Numbered from the stretch's first letter, positions 27,521 through 38,629 are shown. The stretch is DNA of 64,000 nt from Myxococcota bacterium (GCA_044344255.1 JBIJDH010000006.1:128001-192000), one strand, 5' to 3'. The notes: a model not told the origin generated them from the letters alone. Made by a program: numbers and translations.

Positions 27521-28261
27521 ATGAGCCCTCTGCGAACCTCACGCTTGAACCGCGGCCCCTCCACGCCGGCGCTCCGCTTCGCCCTCGCGTTGTCTCTGCC
27601 CCTCGCGCTGCACGCCGGCTGCGGACGGTCGAGCGAAGACAAGACCCCCGACGACCAGGACGTCGGCGGCGGCGGGGACGACGGCGGTGACGAGGGGGCT
27701 GACCCCAGCGGCGACACCGGCGGCAGCGATGGTGGGAGCGACGGCGGGACGGACGGTGGCACCGACGGCGGCACCGACGGGGGCAGCACCGGCGGCGGAG
27801 ACGGCGAGCCCGACGCCGACACCGACGTCGACGCGGACACCGACACCGACACCGACCCGGCCACCGTGGTGATCGACGTGACGGGCATGGACTGCCTCGA
27901 CAACCTCGAGTTTATTGCGCAGATCTATGACTTCGACGGTGTTCGTTGCGATCCGCTGTGCGCGCCGGGAGACCTCCAGCTCACCGCCGTCGTGGCCAAC
28001 CCCTGTGACTACGACCAGGAGCTGAGCACCCACGCCGACGTGCTCATCAGCTCGATGTCCTTGTCATTCCTCAGCACCGGCGAGGGGATGGGCATGAGCG
28101 TCGGCAGCAGCGGTGGCCCGACGGACTGGCTGATCGAGGCGGGCACGGGCCTCGCGGAGCCCACGTACTTTGGGTACCTCGAAGGGGGCGAATACCAGCT
28201 CGACATCGGCTTCGACGACGTCGATCGACACAGCGCCACGCTGCTGTTCACGGTCGAGTGA
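27521..28261 (+). CDS. Paralogous lipoprotein with GGTD/DT acidic linker
   Basis: ATG after AGGAG; LHAGC lipobox; ends FDDVDRHSATLLFTVE versus FDDVEHHIASATFVVE in the previous gene. Confidence 0.82.
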   Translation: MSPLRTSRLNRGPSTPALRFALALSLPLALHAGCGRSSEDKTPDDQDVGGGGDDGGDEGADPSGDTGGSDGGSDGGTDGGTDGGTDGGSTGGGDGEPDADTDVDADTDTDTDPATVVIDVTGMDCLDNLEFIAQIYDFDGVRCDPLCAPGDLQLTAVVANPCDYDQELSTHADVLISSMSLSFLSTGEGMGMSVGSSGGPTDWLIEAGTGLAEPTYFGYLEGGEYQLDIGFDDVDRHSATLLFTVE

Positions 28262-28351
28262 GCGGCCGGGGTCCGCCCCGCGGCCTTCGGGGTCGCGTGG
28301 GTGGGCCCGCGCGAGTCGGATAGGCGGGAGCCCCTGTCCCCGAGGTCTCCC

Positions 28352-29587
28352 ATGCGTGGGTCGCGTGTGTTCGGCGCCGCCGCGCTGTTGGTCGGCATCG
28401 CCGCGGGCGCCTATTGGTACCTCCGTCCGGCCCCGAGCGAGGTCTCGCTCCGGCTGGAGGCGCTCGAAGCCGCCGATGTGGTCGCCACCGTCACCGCCAC
28501 CGGCACCCTCGGGGCGGTGACGACGGTGGAGGTGGGCACCCAGGTGTCGGGGGCCATCAGCGAGCTGCTGGTCGACTTCAATGACCAGGTGGAGGTGGGG
28601 CAGCTCCTCGCCCGCCTCGACACGTCGCTGCTCCAGTCCGACGTCGCCTCGGCGCGCGCGGCCTGGCAGGTGGCGTCGGCGGAGCGCGACCAGGCCGCCC
28701 TCGCCCTCGTGCGCGCCCGCGCCCTGTTCGGGGGCGGAAACCTCGCGGAGGAGGAGCTCGAGGTGGCGCGGATGGACGACGCCGTGGCCGACGCCCGGCT
28801 GCGCTCGGCCAACGTCTCGCTCGAGCGGTCCACCCGGAACCTCTCCTTCGCCACCATCCGCTCGCCGATCGCCGGCACCGTGCTGCGACGCGACGTGGAG
28901 GTCGGTCAGACTGTCAACGCGGGGATGTCGGCCCCCACGCTCTTCTTGCTCGCCGGCGACCTCTCTCGCCTCCAGATCATGGCGTCGGTCGATGAGGCCG
29001 ACGTGGGGCGGGTGTCCGCGGAGTCCGGGGTGGAGTTCACCGTCGCGGCCTACGGGGAGGCGAAGTTTACGGGCGCCGTGCGGCAGGTGCGCCTGCAGTC
29101 CGTCGTGGCCGAGAACATCGTGACCTACCCCGTGGTCATCGACGTCGAGAACGCCGACGGGAGGCTCCGCCCCGGCATGACCGCCACCGTGAGCTTCATC
29201 GTCGAGCACGCCGAGGGGGCCCTCTGCGCGCCGAACGCGGCCTTACGTTTCACCCCCGAGCCTGCGCAGATCGGGGCGGCTCCGGTCAGCGAGGGTGGGG
29301 CTGAGGCCAAGGCCGAGAAGGGCGGCAAGGGCGGGCGCGGAGGGCGGGGCGGCCGGCGCGCGGCCTCGAAGGCGCGGACGCTCTGGACCCCGCAGGAGGA
29401 CGGGCTCCTGCGCGGCCTCACCGTCAAGACCGGCATCACGAACGGCGCCTGCACGGTGGTGGAGGGGGAGGGGGTGACCGAGGGCATGACCATCGTCACG
29501 GGGCTCGAGCGCGCGGCCGAGGCGGGTAAGTCGGGGAGCCCCCTCGCCGGAGGGTCGGCCCAGCCGCGCCGCCCGGGCGGGATCTGA
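28352..29587 (+). CDS. macA: Efflux periplasmic adaptor subunit (MacA/HlyD family)
   Basis: ATGTL..VEVGTQVSG..VDFND, IRSPIAGTV..VEVGQTV, VDEADVG, LRPGMTA. Confidence 0.92.
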   Translation: MRGSRVFGAAALLVGIAAGAYWYLRPAPSEVSLRLEALEAADVVATVTATGTLGAVTTVEVGTQVSGAISELLVDFNDQVEVGQLLARLDTSLLQSDVASARAAWQVASAERDQAALALVRARALFGGGNLAEEELEVARMDDAVADARLRSANVSLERSTRNLSFATIRSPIAGTVLRRDVEVGQTVNAGMSAPTLFLLAGDLSRLQIMASVDEADVGRVSAESGVEFTVAAYGEAKFTGAVRQVRLQSVVAENIVTYPVVIDVENADGRLRPGMTATVSFIVEHAEGALCAPNAALRFTPEPAQIGAAPVSEGGAEAKAEKGGKGGRGGRGGRRAASKARTLWTPQEDGLLRGLTVKTGITNGACTVVEGEGVTEGMTIVTGLERAAEAGKSGSPLAGGSAQPRRPGGI

Positions 29588-30805
29588 GTGTCCGTCTTCG
29601 CGCTCATCGGCCTCGCGCTCCAGAGCCTCCGCTCGCACGTCGGGCGGGCGCTCCTCACGATGCTCGGCGTGGTCATCGGTGTCGCCTCGGTGGTGGTGAT
29701 GGTGGCGATCGGCGAGGGGGCGCAGGCCGAGATCGCCGCTCGGATCCAGGGTTTGGGCGCGAACCTTGTCGTCGTCACCCCCGGCTCGGGCACGCCGGGG
29801 GGCGTGAGCGGCGGCGCCGCCTCGATGGACAGCCTCACCCTCGAAGACGCCGCCTTGCTGGCGAGGGAGTCGCAGCTCCTGGCGGTGGTCTCGCCGGTCA
29901 TCTTCTCGCGCGGCAACGCGGTCGCCGGCCGTAACAATTGGCGCACGGTGCTCTACGGCGTGGACGTCTCCTACGCGGAGATCCGCGCCTGGACAGTGGA
30001 GACAGGGCGCTTCCTCGAAGAGGACGATGTGCGCGCCAGCCGGAAGGTCTGCCTGCTCGGGGCCTCTGTCGCCGCCGCGCTCTTCCCCGGGGAGGACGCC
30101 GCCGGCCAGCGCATCCGCCTGCGCGGGGTCCCGCTGCAGGTGGTGGGGACCCTCCAGAAGAAGGGGCAGACCGCCGATGGTAACGATCAGGACGACGTGA
30201 TCATCGCCCCCTACACCACCGTGCGCAGCCGCCTCGCCGGGCGTCAGTTCATCGGGCAGATCCTCGGCAGCGCCTGGAGTGAGGCCGACCTCGTCGGCGC
30301 GCAGGCCGAGGTCAAGCAGATCCTCCGAGAGTCGCACCGCCTCTCTGCCGCGGAGCCCGATGACTTCGAGGTCCGCGACCAGGCCGCCCTCGCCGCCGCC
30401 GCGAGCTCGACCACCGAGGTGATGACCACCTTGTTGCTCGCGATCGCCAGCGTCTCGCTGCTCGTGGGCGGCATCGGCATCATGAACATCATGCTCGTGA
30501 GCGTCACCGAGCGGACCCGCGAGATCGGCATCCGCCGCGCCTTCGGGGCCAGCCAGCGCGACGTCTTGGGGCAGTTCCTCGTCGAGAGCATCGTGCTCTC
30601 CGGCCTCGGCGGCGTCGTCGGGGCCGCCTTCGGTGTAGGGGCGACCGCGGTGGTGGCCGGGGTGACCGGCTGGTCCACCGTCGTCACCCCGGGCACCCTC
30701 GGCGTGGCGATGGCCTTCTCGATCGGCGTGGGCGTCTTCTTCGGTTGGGTGCCGGCGCGTCGTGCCGCCGCCCTCGACATCGTAGACGCCCTCCGCACCG
30801 CCTGA
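29588..30805 (+). CDS. MacB/FtsX-family ABC transporter permease
   Basis: LTMLGVVIGVASVV, GGIGIMNIMLVSVTERTREIGIR, PARRAA. No nucleotide-binding domain. Confidence 0.93.
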   Translation: MSVFALIGLALQSLRSHVGRALLTMLGVVIGVASVVVMVAIGEGAQAEIAARIQGLGANLVVVTPGSGTPGGVSGGAASMDSLTLEDAALLARESQLLAVVSPVIFSRGNAVAGRNNWRTVLYGVDVSYAEIRAWTVETGRFLEEDDVRASRKVCLLGASVAAALFPGEDAAGQRIRLRGVPLQVVGTLQKKGQTADGNDQDDVIIAPYTTVRSRLAGRQFIGQILGSAWSEADLVGAQAEVKQILRESHRLSAAEPDDFEVRDQAALAAAASSTTEVMTTLLLAIASVSLLVGGIGIMNIMLVSVTERTREIGIRRAFGASQRDVLGQFLVESIVLSGLGGVVGAAFGVGATAVVAGVTGWSTVVTPGTLGVAMAFSIGVGVFFGWVPARRAAALDIVDALRTA

Positions 30806-30846
30806 GCCCGACGCGAACCGGCGCCTGCCTTGGGCCCGGACCGGTC

Positions 30847-32388
<1,542 letters not shown>

Positions 32389-32413
32389 GAGGGCTCCAAG
32401 TCGGGCGGCGATG

Positions 32414-33622
32414 CTACCGGATTTCTGCGCGCCGAGAGAGCGGGATGAAGACGCCGAGCGACAAGAGCGACAGGACCAGCGCGGCCGCCGAGGCCAGGGG
32501 GCTCAGCACGAAGGCGCCGATGGGCAGACAGAGCAGGCGGAGGAGCTCGAGGGTCTGCGCGCCCGGCCGTCGATCGAGCAGCCAGCCCCAAGAGGCGAGG
32601 GTCCAGAGGATGAGCCCGCCGGCCGCCCCCTGCTGGGCCGCGGGGAGCGAAGCCTGGAGGAGGAGGAGGGCGGTGAGCGTGATGGAGACGACCACGAGCC
32701 AGGCGGCGATGTAAGCGAGCAGCCCCGCCTCGACGGGCGGGTCAAAGCGGAGGGTCGGGCTGGGGGTGGGGATGCGCTGGGGGCCCCCCTCGGCGGCGGT
32801 GCGCCACTCGGGCGGGGCCACCCAGACCCGCAGCCGATCGAGGCCCCGGGCGGCGAGGCTCCGGTCGAGCAGCTTCTTCAAGGGGGCGAGGTTGGCGCGC
32901 AGGCTGTCTGCGCTCTCGAAGCCCTCGACGACGCCGTAGACGGGCTCCTCCCCCTCCGGCTCGAAGGTGCCGAAGAGGCGGTCCCAGACGATGAACACGC
33001 CGGCGTGGTTGCGGTCGATGTAGCGGGGGTTGATGCCGTGGTGGACGCGGTGGTGGCTGGGCGTGTTGAGGACGAGCTCCAGCGGGCCGAGCCTTCCGAC
33101 GAGGCGGGTGTGAATCCAGAACTGGTACACGGTGTTGAGGGCGTTGCAGGTCAAGAAGACCAGCGGGGAGACGCCGAGCACCGCCAGCGGCAGGTAGAAG
33201 GGCGCCGCGGTGATGGTGGTGAAGATGGCCTGCCGGAGCGCTATCGCGAGGTTGTAGTCCTCACTCTGGTGGTGGACGACGTGAGCCGCCCAGAGGATGC
33301 CCACCCGGTGGCTCGCGCGGTGCCAAAGGTAATAGAGGAAGTCCACCGCGACGAAAGCGCCGATCCAGACGGGGAGCGTGTCTGGGAGCTGCCAGAGGGC
33401 CGCGGCCGCGTAGACGGCGGTGTAGCTGGCCGCGAAGACCAAGGGCCCCAGGAGCAAGCCGAGGGTCTGGCTGGAGATGCCGCAAGCCAGCGAGGAGATC
33501 ACCTCCACCGCTCGATAGGCCGGCCGCGGCCCGCGCTGGCAGCCCATGAGCTTCGCCGCCAGGAGCTCCGCCCCGATGAGCACAAAGAAGCCGGGGATGG
33601 AGAGCGCGATCGGGTTGAGCAT
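32414..33622 (-). CDS. Sterol desaturase family / alkylglycerol monooxygenase-like membrane diiron enzyme
   Basis: His boxes WHRASH, HVVHHQSEDYN, QFWIHT, TPSHHRVHH; WDRLFGTF; extra C-terminal TM region. ATG at 33622. Confidence 0.88.
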   Translation of the reverse strand: MLNPIALSIPGFFVLIGAELLAAKLMGCQRGPRPAYRAVEVISSLACGISSQTLGLLLGPLVFAASYTAVYAAAALWQLPDTLPVWIGAFVAVDFLYYLWHRASHRVGILWAAHVVHHQSEDYNLAIALRQAIFTTITAAPFYLPLAVLGVSPLVFLTCNALNTVYQFWIHTRLVGRLGPLELVLNTPSHHRVHHGINPRYIDRNHAGVFIVWDRLFGTFEPEGEEPVYGVVEGFESADSLRANLAPLKKLLDRSLAARGLDRLRVWVAPPEWRTAAEGGPQRIPTPSPTLRFDPPVEAGLLAYIAAWLVVVSITLTALLLLQASLPAAQQGAAGGLILWTLASWGWLLDRRPGAQTLELLRLLCLPIGAFVLSPLASAAALVLSLLSLGVFIPLSRRAEIR

Positions 33623-33785
33623 CGGGTCCCACGGGGGAGGGGGGTCGGATTCCGAAGGCACAGAATAGCTGATCGACCTCTCCCGCTGTCCGGTCCGGCG
33701 GGTTCCGGCGCGCGCCACCGCCGCGCCCGAGGCGGAGCTCCGGCGAGCCGGCTATGCTCGGGGGAGCCGCTTGGAGGGCCCCCGA

Positions 33786-35867
33786 ATGCGTCGCTCAACC
33801 CTTGGACACCGCGCCTCGAATGGTCTTGTGGGGGGCCGCGCCGCCGCCGCCCTCATCGTGCTGCTCCTCGCGTGCTCCGGGAAGGGCAGCGGAAGCGACA
33901 ATGGGGAAGTGGGGGGCACCGATGGCACCGATGGCACCGATGGGACGGACGGCGGCTCGGAGTCCACGGCGATCAGCCTCAGCCTGAGCTCCCAGTACGC
34001 TGAGCTCGACGGCGACATCACCGCGACCGTCGTCGTCACGGGGGCCGACGGCTCCGTGCTCTCCGAGCCCTACACCTTGGTGAGCGACGCCGCTTCGGGC
34101 GTGAGCATCGACGGCGACGTCCTCTCCTTCAGCGAAGAGGGTGCGTACACCTTCACCGCCTCCTTGAACAGCGACCCCAGCGTGTTCGCTACCTCTTCGC
34201 CCGTCTTCGTCGATGAGAACGGGCCGCTGATCACGCTCGACAGCCCGAGCCGCGGCGCCTTCAACGCGGGGGGGGCGGTCACGGTGAGCGGTCACGTGAT
34301 CGACAACGCCGCCGGGGTGGCCGGCCTCACCGTCAACGGCAGCCCCGTCACGGTGGACGCCGACGGCGCCTTCTCCACCTCGGTCACCCTCGATCCGGGC
34401 GAGCAGACGCTCCTGCTCGCGGCCTCCGACAACGACGTGCCGGCCAACGAGGCCGACGTGCTGGTCGGCCTCACCGCCGGCGACTACCAGCCGGTCGGCA
34501 GCGCCCTCAGCAAGGCCCTTGAGGTGCGACTCTCCGAGGAGGCGCTCGGCGCCTTCGCGGCCACCCTCTCCGGGGAGCTCAGCGCCGACGTGATCGAGGA
34601 CTCCCTCATCGCCTCGAACCCGATCGCCACCGTGGGCATCTCTTGCCTGTCGGTCGAAGTCAACGTCACCTCCTTCGACTACGACAGCCTCAGCGCCGAC
34701 CTCAGCCCCGACACCGGTAAGCTCAGCTTGGACGCTGTGATGACCGGCATGGTCATCGGCCTCAACAACGTGGCCTACTTCTGCTCGACCACCGCCAACC
34801 CCTACGCTGGCATCATCTCGGCCGACGAGGTCAACATCCTCGCCGACATGACCGTGACCGTGCCCACGCCGGGTGATGTCGATGTGGCCATCACCGACTC
34901 CGACGTCAGCTTCACCAACCTCGCGGTGGACGTCGGCGGCCTCGAAGACCTCCTCGACACCTTCGGGGTCACGCTCGCAGACCTCGGTGTGGACCTCGAG
35001 GGTCTGCTCGGCGACGCGATCAACGAGACCCTGATCGCCGACCTGCCCGATCAGATCGCGGCGGCCCTCGAGGCCATCACCTTCCACGAGGGCTTCGACT
35101 TCGTGGGGGCCAGCGTCACCCTTGACGCCCTCGTGAGCGAGGTGGTGCTCGATCCGCTCGGCATGACGATGCGCTTCGACGCCGACGCGGTCGCCGACAC
35201 GGTCAAGGCCGACCTGCCCGCCAACCCCGGCTCCTGGCTCCAGGGCGGCGGGGCGCCCGCCTACGACGGCGCCGACGGCATGAACCTCTCGCTCGCGCTC
35301 GACCTCTTCAACCGCATGCTCTACGCGGGTTGGAGCGCCGGGGCCTTCGATCAGGACCTCTCGAACGAGGAGCTGGCCCTCGATCCGGCGGCCATCGGCC
35401 TCATCTTCCCGGGCGCGACCACGCTCAACCTCGTGATCGTGCCCTCGATGCCGCCGGTGCTCAGCCCCGGCACGGGGGACGGCCTCTTCGACCTCGACAT
35501 GGATGAGCTCCAGCTGGTGGCCACGGGCGACGTCGACGGGGTGGAGCAGGTGCTCACTACGGCCTCGCTCCACCTCCACGCCGACCTCGACGCCACCGTC
35601 GACGCTGACGGCCTGATCTCGATCGCCGTCGAGAACCTGAGCCCGACCGCCGACGTCTACCCCGCCGACATGAGCTCGACTGCGGCGGCGGAGTCCTTGG
35701 AGGCCACCCTCGGCAGCCTCGCCGGTGTGCTCCTCGGCGACCTCTTCCCCGGCATCGAGCTCCAGCTCCCGGCGCTGCCCGGCTACACCCTCGAGCCGAC
35801 CGGCCTCGAGGCGAGCGGTGACGCCCTCACCTGGATGACCGTCGGCGGCACCCTCGTCGTGGATTGA
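33786..35867 (+). CDS. Lipoprotein: GTD linker, Ig-like domains, putative BPI/LBP (TULIP)-like region
   Basis: LLLAC lipobox; (GTD)n; ITLDSP..VTVSG..VNG..G.FS Ig domain; acidic beta-rich C-half with LSLALDLFNRMLYAGWSAG. Confidence 0.75.
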   Translation: MRRSTLGHRASNGLVGGRAAAALIVLLLACSGKGSGSDNGEVGGTDGTDGTDGTDGGSESTAISLSLSSQYAELDGDITATVVVTGADGSVLSEPYTLVSDAASGVSIDGDVLSFSEEGAYTFTASLNSDPSVFATSSPVFVDENGPLITLDSPSRGAFNAGGAVTVSGHVIDNAAGVAGLTVNGSPVTVDADGAFSTSVTLDPGEQTLLLAASDNDVPANEADVLVGLTAGDYQPVGSALSKALEVRLSEEALGAFAATLSGELSADVIEDSLIASNPIATVGISCLSVEVNVTSFDYDSLSADLSPDTGKLSLDAVMTGMVIGLNNVAYFCSTTANPYAGIISADEVNILADMTVTVPTPGDVDVAITDSDVSFTNLAVDVGGLEDLLDTFGVTLADLGVDLEGLLGDAINETLIADLPDQIAAALEAITFHEGFDFVGASVTLDALVSEVVLDPLGMTMRFDADAVADTVKADLPANPGSWLQGGGAPAYDGADGMNLSLALDLFNRMLYAGWSAGAFDQDLSNEELALDPAAIGLIFPGATTLNLVIVPSMPPVLSPGTGDGLFDLDMDELQLVATGDVDGVEQVLTTASLHLHADLDATVDADGLISIAVENLSPTADVYPADMSSTAAAESLEATLGSLAGVLLGDLFPGIELQLPALPGYTLEPTGLEASGDALTWMTVGGTLVVD

Positions 35868-36901
35868 GGGGCTTGCCCTCAACGGTGGAAGGGGGCTCGC
35901 CCCCAACGGTGGAAGGGGGCTCGCCCCCAACGGTGGAGGGGGGCGAGCCCCCGACGGGGGGAGGGGACGCGGGCGCCGAGGCCCCCTCGCCGGCGCAGGG
36001 ATCTGATAGCCTGCGCGGCGTGGCCCACCCGAGACCCCATCCCTCGCCGCTCCCCCCGCTGACGGCGCCGGTCCGTCGGATCGGCGCGGAGCTGGAGCCA
36101 GGGCACGCCTCTGGGGGGCTGGGCGAGCTGTGGAGGCACCGACGGCTGGTCTGGGCCTTCGTGATGAACGACCTCAAGCACCGCTATGTGGGCAGCTCGA
36201 TCGGCTTCTTCTGGACCGTCGTGACCCCGCTGCTCGAGCTCGTCACCTACACCTTCGTGTTCCACTTCCTCATCGGGGTGCGCTTCCACGAGGACGCGGG
36301 CTGGTCGCACTACGCGCTCTTCTTGTTCTGCGGCATGGTGACGTGGTTCAGCGTGCAGGACGGCCTCAGCAAGGCGGCGACCTCCATCACCGACCACGGC
36401 CACCTCATCAAGAAGGTGAACTTCCAGGCCATCACGCTGCCCGGCTACGTCGTGGCCAGCGCCATCTTGAACCAGGTCATCCGCCTCGGGGTGCTCTCGG
36501 CGGCGGTGGTGCTGATCGGGCCGGGGCTCTCCTGGCACTTCTTGCTCGTGCCCTTCGTGCTCGTGGTTCAGGCCTCGTTCGTGTTGGGCGCCGGGATGCT
36601 GCTCGCCACGTTGAACGTCTACTTTCGAGATACCATCCACTGGGTGAGGGCCGGGCTGCTGCTCTGGATGTTCGTCACCCCGATCTTCTACCCGGCCTCC
36701 AAGTACGCCGACCGCTTCGGGCTCCTCCTCCAGCTGAACCCGCTCGCGCACCTCGTCGGCGTGTACCACCAGCTCATCCTCAACCACCGGCTGCCGCACC
36801 CCCACAACCTGCTGGTGGTCGCCGTCATGGCCGCGTTCTCTTTGCTCGTCGGCTACTCGGTCTTCCATCACCACCGCGACCGCTTCTCCGATCTCGTCTG
36901 A
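35864..36901 (+). CDS. wzm: ABC-2 polysaccharide export permease (Wzm); start uncertain
   Basis: DLKHRYVGSSIGFFW..P, LIKKVNF, VYFRD, FVTPIFYP, NPL. The N-terminal repeat region may not be translated. Confidence 0.88.
   Translation: MRGLPSTVEGGSPPTVEGGSPPTVEGGEPPTGGGDAGAEAPSPAQGSDSLRGVAHPRPHPSPLPPLTAPVRRIGAELEPGHASGGLGELWRHRRLVWAFVMNDLKHRYVGSSIGFFWTVVTPLLELVTYTFVFHFLIGVRFHEDAGWSHYALFLFCGMVTWFSVQDGLSKAATSITDHGHLIKKVNFQAITLPGYVVASAILNQVIRLGVLSAAVVLIGPGLSWHFLLVPFVLVVQASFVLGAGMLLATLNVYFRDTIHWVRAGLLLWMFVTPIFYPASKYADRFGLLLQLNPLAHLVGVYHQLILNHRLPHPHNLLVVAVMAAFSLLVGYSVFHHHRDRFSDLV
35868..35952. repeat. 24-bp tandem repeat with REP-like core GGGGGCTCGCCCCC; last core inverted
   Basis: Cores at 35891 and 35915, a degenerate copy at 35868, and the reverse complement GGGGGCGAGCCCCC at 35939. 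Confidence 0.85.
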
Positions 36902-37036
36902 CTTGCCGCCTTGGCTCTTCCGCGTTCGCGTGGGGATGGTAAGGTCCGAAGAGACCCCCGATCCGGGGAGAGGGCGCTGGTTTCGCCTTCCCCGAGTCGG
37001 CCGCTCCTCTACCGGACCTCCTACACCGGAACTGCC

Positions 37037-38524
37037 GTGGCCCAGAAGAACTCCAAGGTCCTGTTCATCAAGTACCACGAGGCCGCTGACCAGCAGCCCC
37101 TGTCGCAGAAGGCCGCGGAGAAGCTGGGGATCTTTCCGAGTCTCGCGCTGGCCAGCCTCGCGTCCTGGCTGCGACAGAACGAGTTCCCGGTCAGCATCAT
37201 TGACCTCCACGTCGAGAACCTGTTCCCGAAGGACGCCCACAGCCGGGTCTCCGACTACAACCCCACCATCGTCTGCCTGACCAGCAAGACGCTCGGCTGG
37301 CCGGCGGTGATCGAGATCGCGCAGATGGTGCGGGAGGCGGCCCCGCAGGCCCTGGTCGTGGTGGGCGGGCCGCACATGAGCATCTACCCGAAGGAGTCGC
37401 TGACCTGGGACTGCTTCGACATCGCGGTCGTGGGCGACGGCGAAGAGACCTTGCTCGAGATCTGTGAGCGGGTCGAGGCCGGCGCCACCGTGGCCGACCT
37501 CCAGGACATCCTCGGCACGGTCGTGCGGCGTCCCACCGGTGAGGTCGTCCAGAACGCGCCCCGGCCGCTCCCGAAGGACATCAACAAGTACCCGATGCCC
37601 GCCTGGGATCTCATCCCGGTGGCCAACTACCACTGCCTGACGCTCCTCAAGCCCTTCGCCACGATGGTCACCACCCGCGGCTGTCCCTGGCACTGCGGCT
37701 ACTGCTCCCAGGTCTACTCTGAGAAGCTGCGCTTCCGCGACGTGGAGCTCGTGGTCGACGAGATGGAGCACCTCGAGAAGGTGTACGGCGTGAGGGAGAT
37801 CGTCTTCTTCGATGAGACCTTCACCATCGGCAAGCGCCGGATGCTCAAGTTCTCCGAGGAGGTCCAGAAGCGCGGCCTCAAGGTGAAGTTCAACATCCGC
37901 GCCCGCGTGGACACCGTGGACCGCGACGTGGTCCGCGCCCTCAAGAAGGCCGGCCTGCGCTCGATCCACATGGGGGTTGAGGCCGGCACCGATCGCGTCC
38001 TCAAGATCATGAACAAGCAGATCACCCGTGAGCAGACCGAGCGGGCCTTCCGAATCTGCCGCGAGGAGGGCGTGGACACCCGCGGCTACTTCATGGTCGG
38101 CTACTACGACGCCACCCCCGACGACGTCGAGGACATGATCAAGTTCGCCAGCGGCCTCGGCCTCGACTGGGCGAGCTTCTCGGTGGCCACGGCGCTCCCG
38201 GCGACCGACCTCTACCGCATCGCCCAGGAGCGCGGATACGTCGATGGCGACTACTGGAAGCAGTACACCATCGACGGCGGTGGCGTCATCCCGCAGCTCG
38301 AGACCGAGACCTTCACCTCTGAGCAGCTCCGCGCCTTCCGCACGAAGGCGTACATGAACTTCTACCTCCGCCCCGATCTCATCCGTCGGAAGCTCAGCAA
38401 GAGCGAAGGTCGGGAGGAGCTCATGGAGATGCTCGGCGGCGCCACGGTGCTCTCGGAGATCGTGAAGAGCACGCTCTTCAAGCGGATCCCCAAGGTGGGC
38501 CTCGGCAAGTGGGGCACCGTCTGA
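37037..38524 (+). CDS. B12-binding radical SAM protein (class B methyltransferase-like)
   Basis: VVVGGPH..GDGEET cobalamin-binding domain; RGCPWHCGYC; FFDETF; GVEAG. GTG at 37037. Confidence 0.92.
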   Translation: MAQKNSKVLFIKYHEAADQQPLSQKAAEKLGIFPSLALASLASWLRQNEFPVSIIDLHVENLFPKDAHSRVSDYNPTIVCLTSKTLGWPAVIEIAQMVREAAPQALVVVGGPHMSIYPKESLTWDCFDIAVVGDGEETLLEICERVEAGATVADLQDILGTVVRRPTGEVVQNAPRPLPKDINKYPMPAWDLIPVANYHCLTLLKPFATMVTTRGCPWHCGYCSQVYSEKLRFRDVELVVDEMEHLEKVYGVREIVFFDETFTIGKRRMLKFSEEVQKRGLKVKFNIRARVDTVDRDVVRALKKAGLRSIHMGVEAGTDRVLKIMNKQITREQTERAFRICREEGVDTRGYFMVGYYDATPDDVEDMIKFASGLGLDWASFSVATALPATDLYRIAQERGYVDGDYWKQYTIDGGGVIPQLETETFTSEQLRAFRTKAYMNFYLRPDLIRRKLSKSEGREELMEMLGGATVLSEIVKSTLFKRIPKVGLGKWGTV

Positions 38525-38596
38525 GCGGAGCGGCGTCCCGTCTGAGGGCCGCCCCCGTCTGAGGGGCGTCCCGTCTGAGCGGCGGCCCCGTCTGAG
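38517..38596. repeat. 5 copies of CCGTCTGAG (spacing 21/17/16/17 bp); the first contains the rSAM stop
   Basis: Copies at 38517, 38538, 38555, 38571 and 38588. Confidence 0.85.
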
Positions 38597-38620
38597 CGGC
38601 GCTCTGCCGAGCGCCGCTCA
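38593..38620. terminator. 12-bp perfect hairpin between convergent genes (possible bidirectional terminator)
   Basis: TGAGCGGCGCTC-TGCC-GAGCGCCGCTCA; no U-tract. Confidence 0.55.
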
Positions 38621-38629
38621 CGCGGCCCG

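Noticed and set aside
38517..38596. Mini-CRISPR, or Neisseria DNA uptake sequence (GCCGTCTGAA) cluster
   Set aside because: The repeat is only 9 bp with 7-12-bp linkers and no cas genes. It is not an exact DUS and derives from the gene's own last codons.
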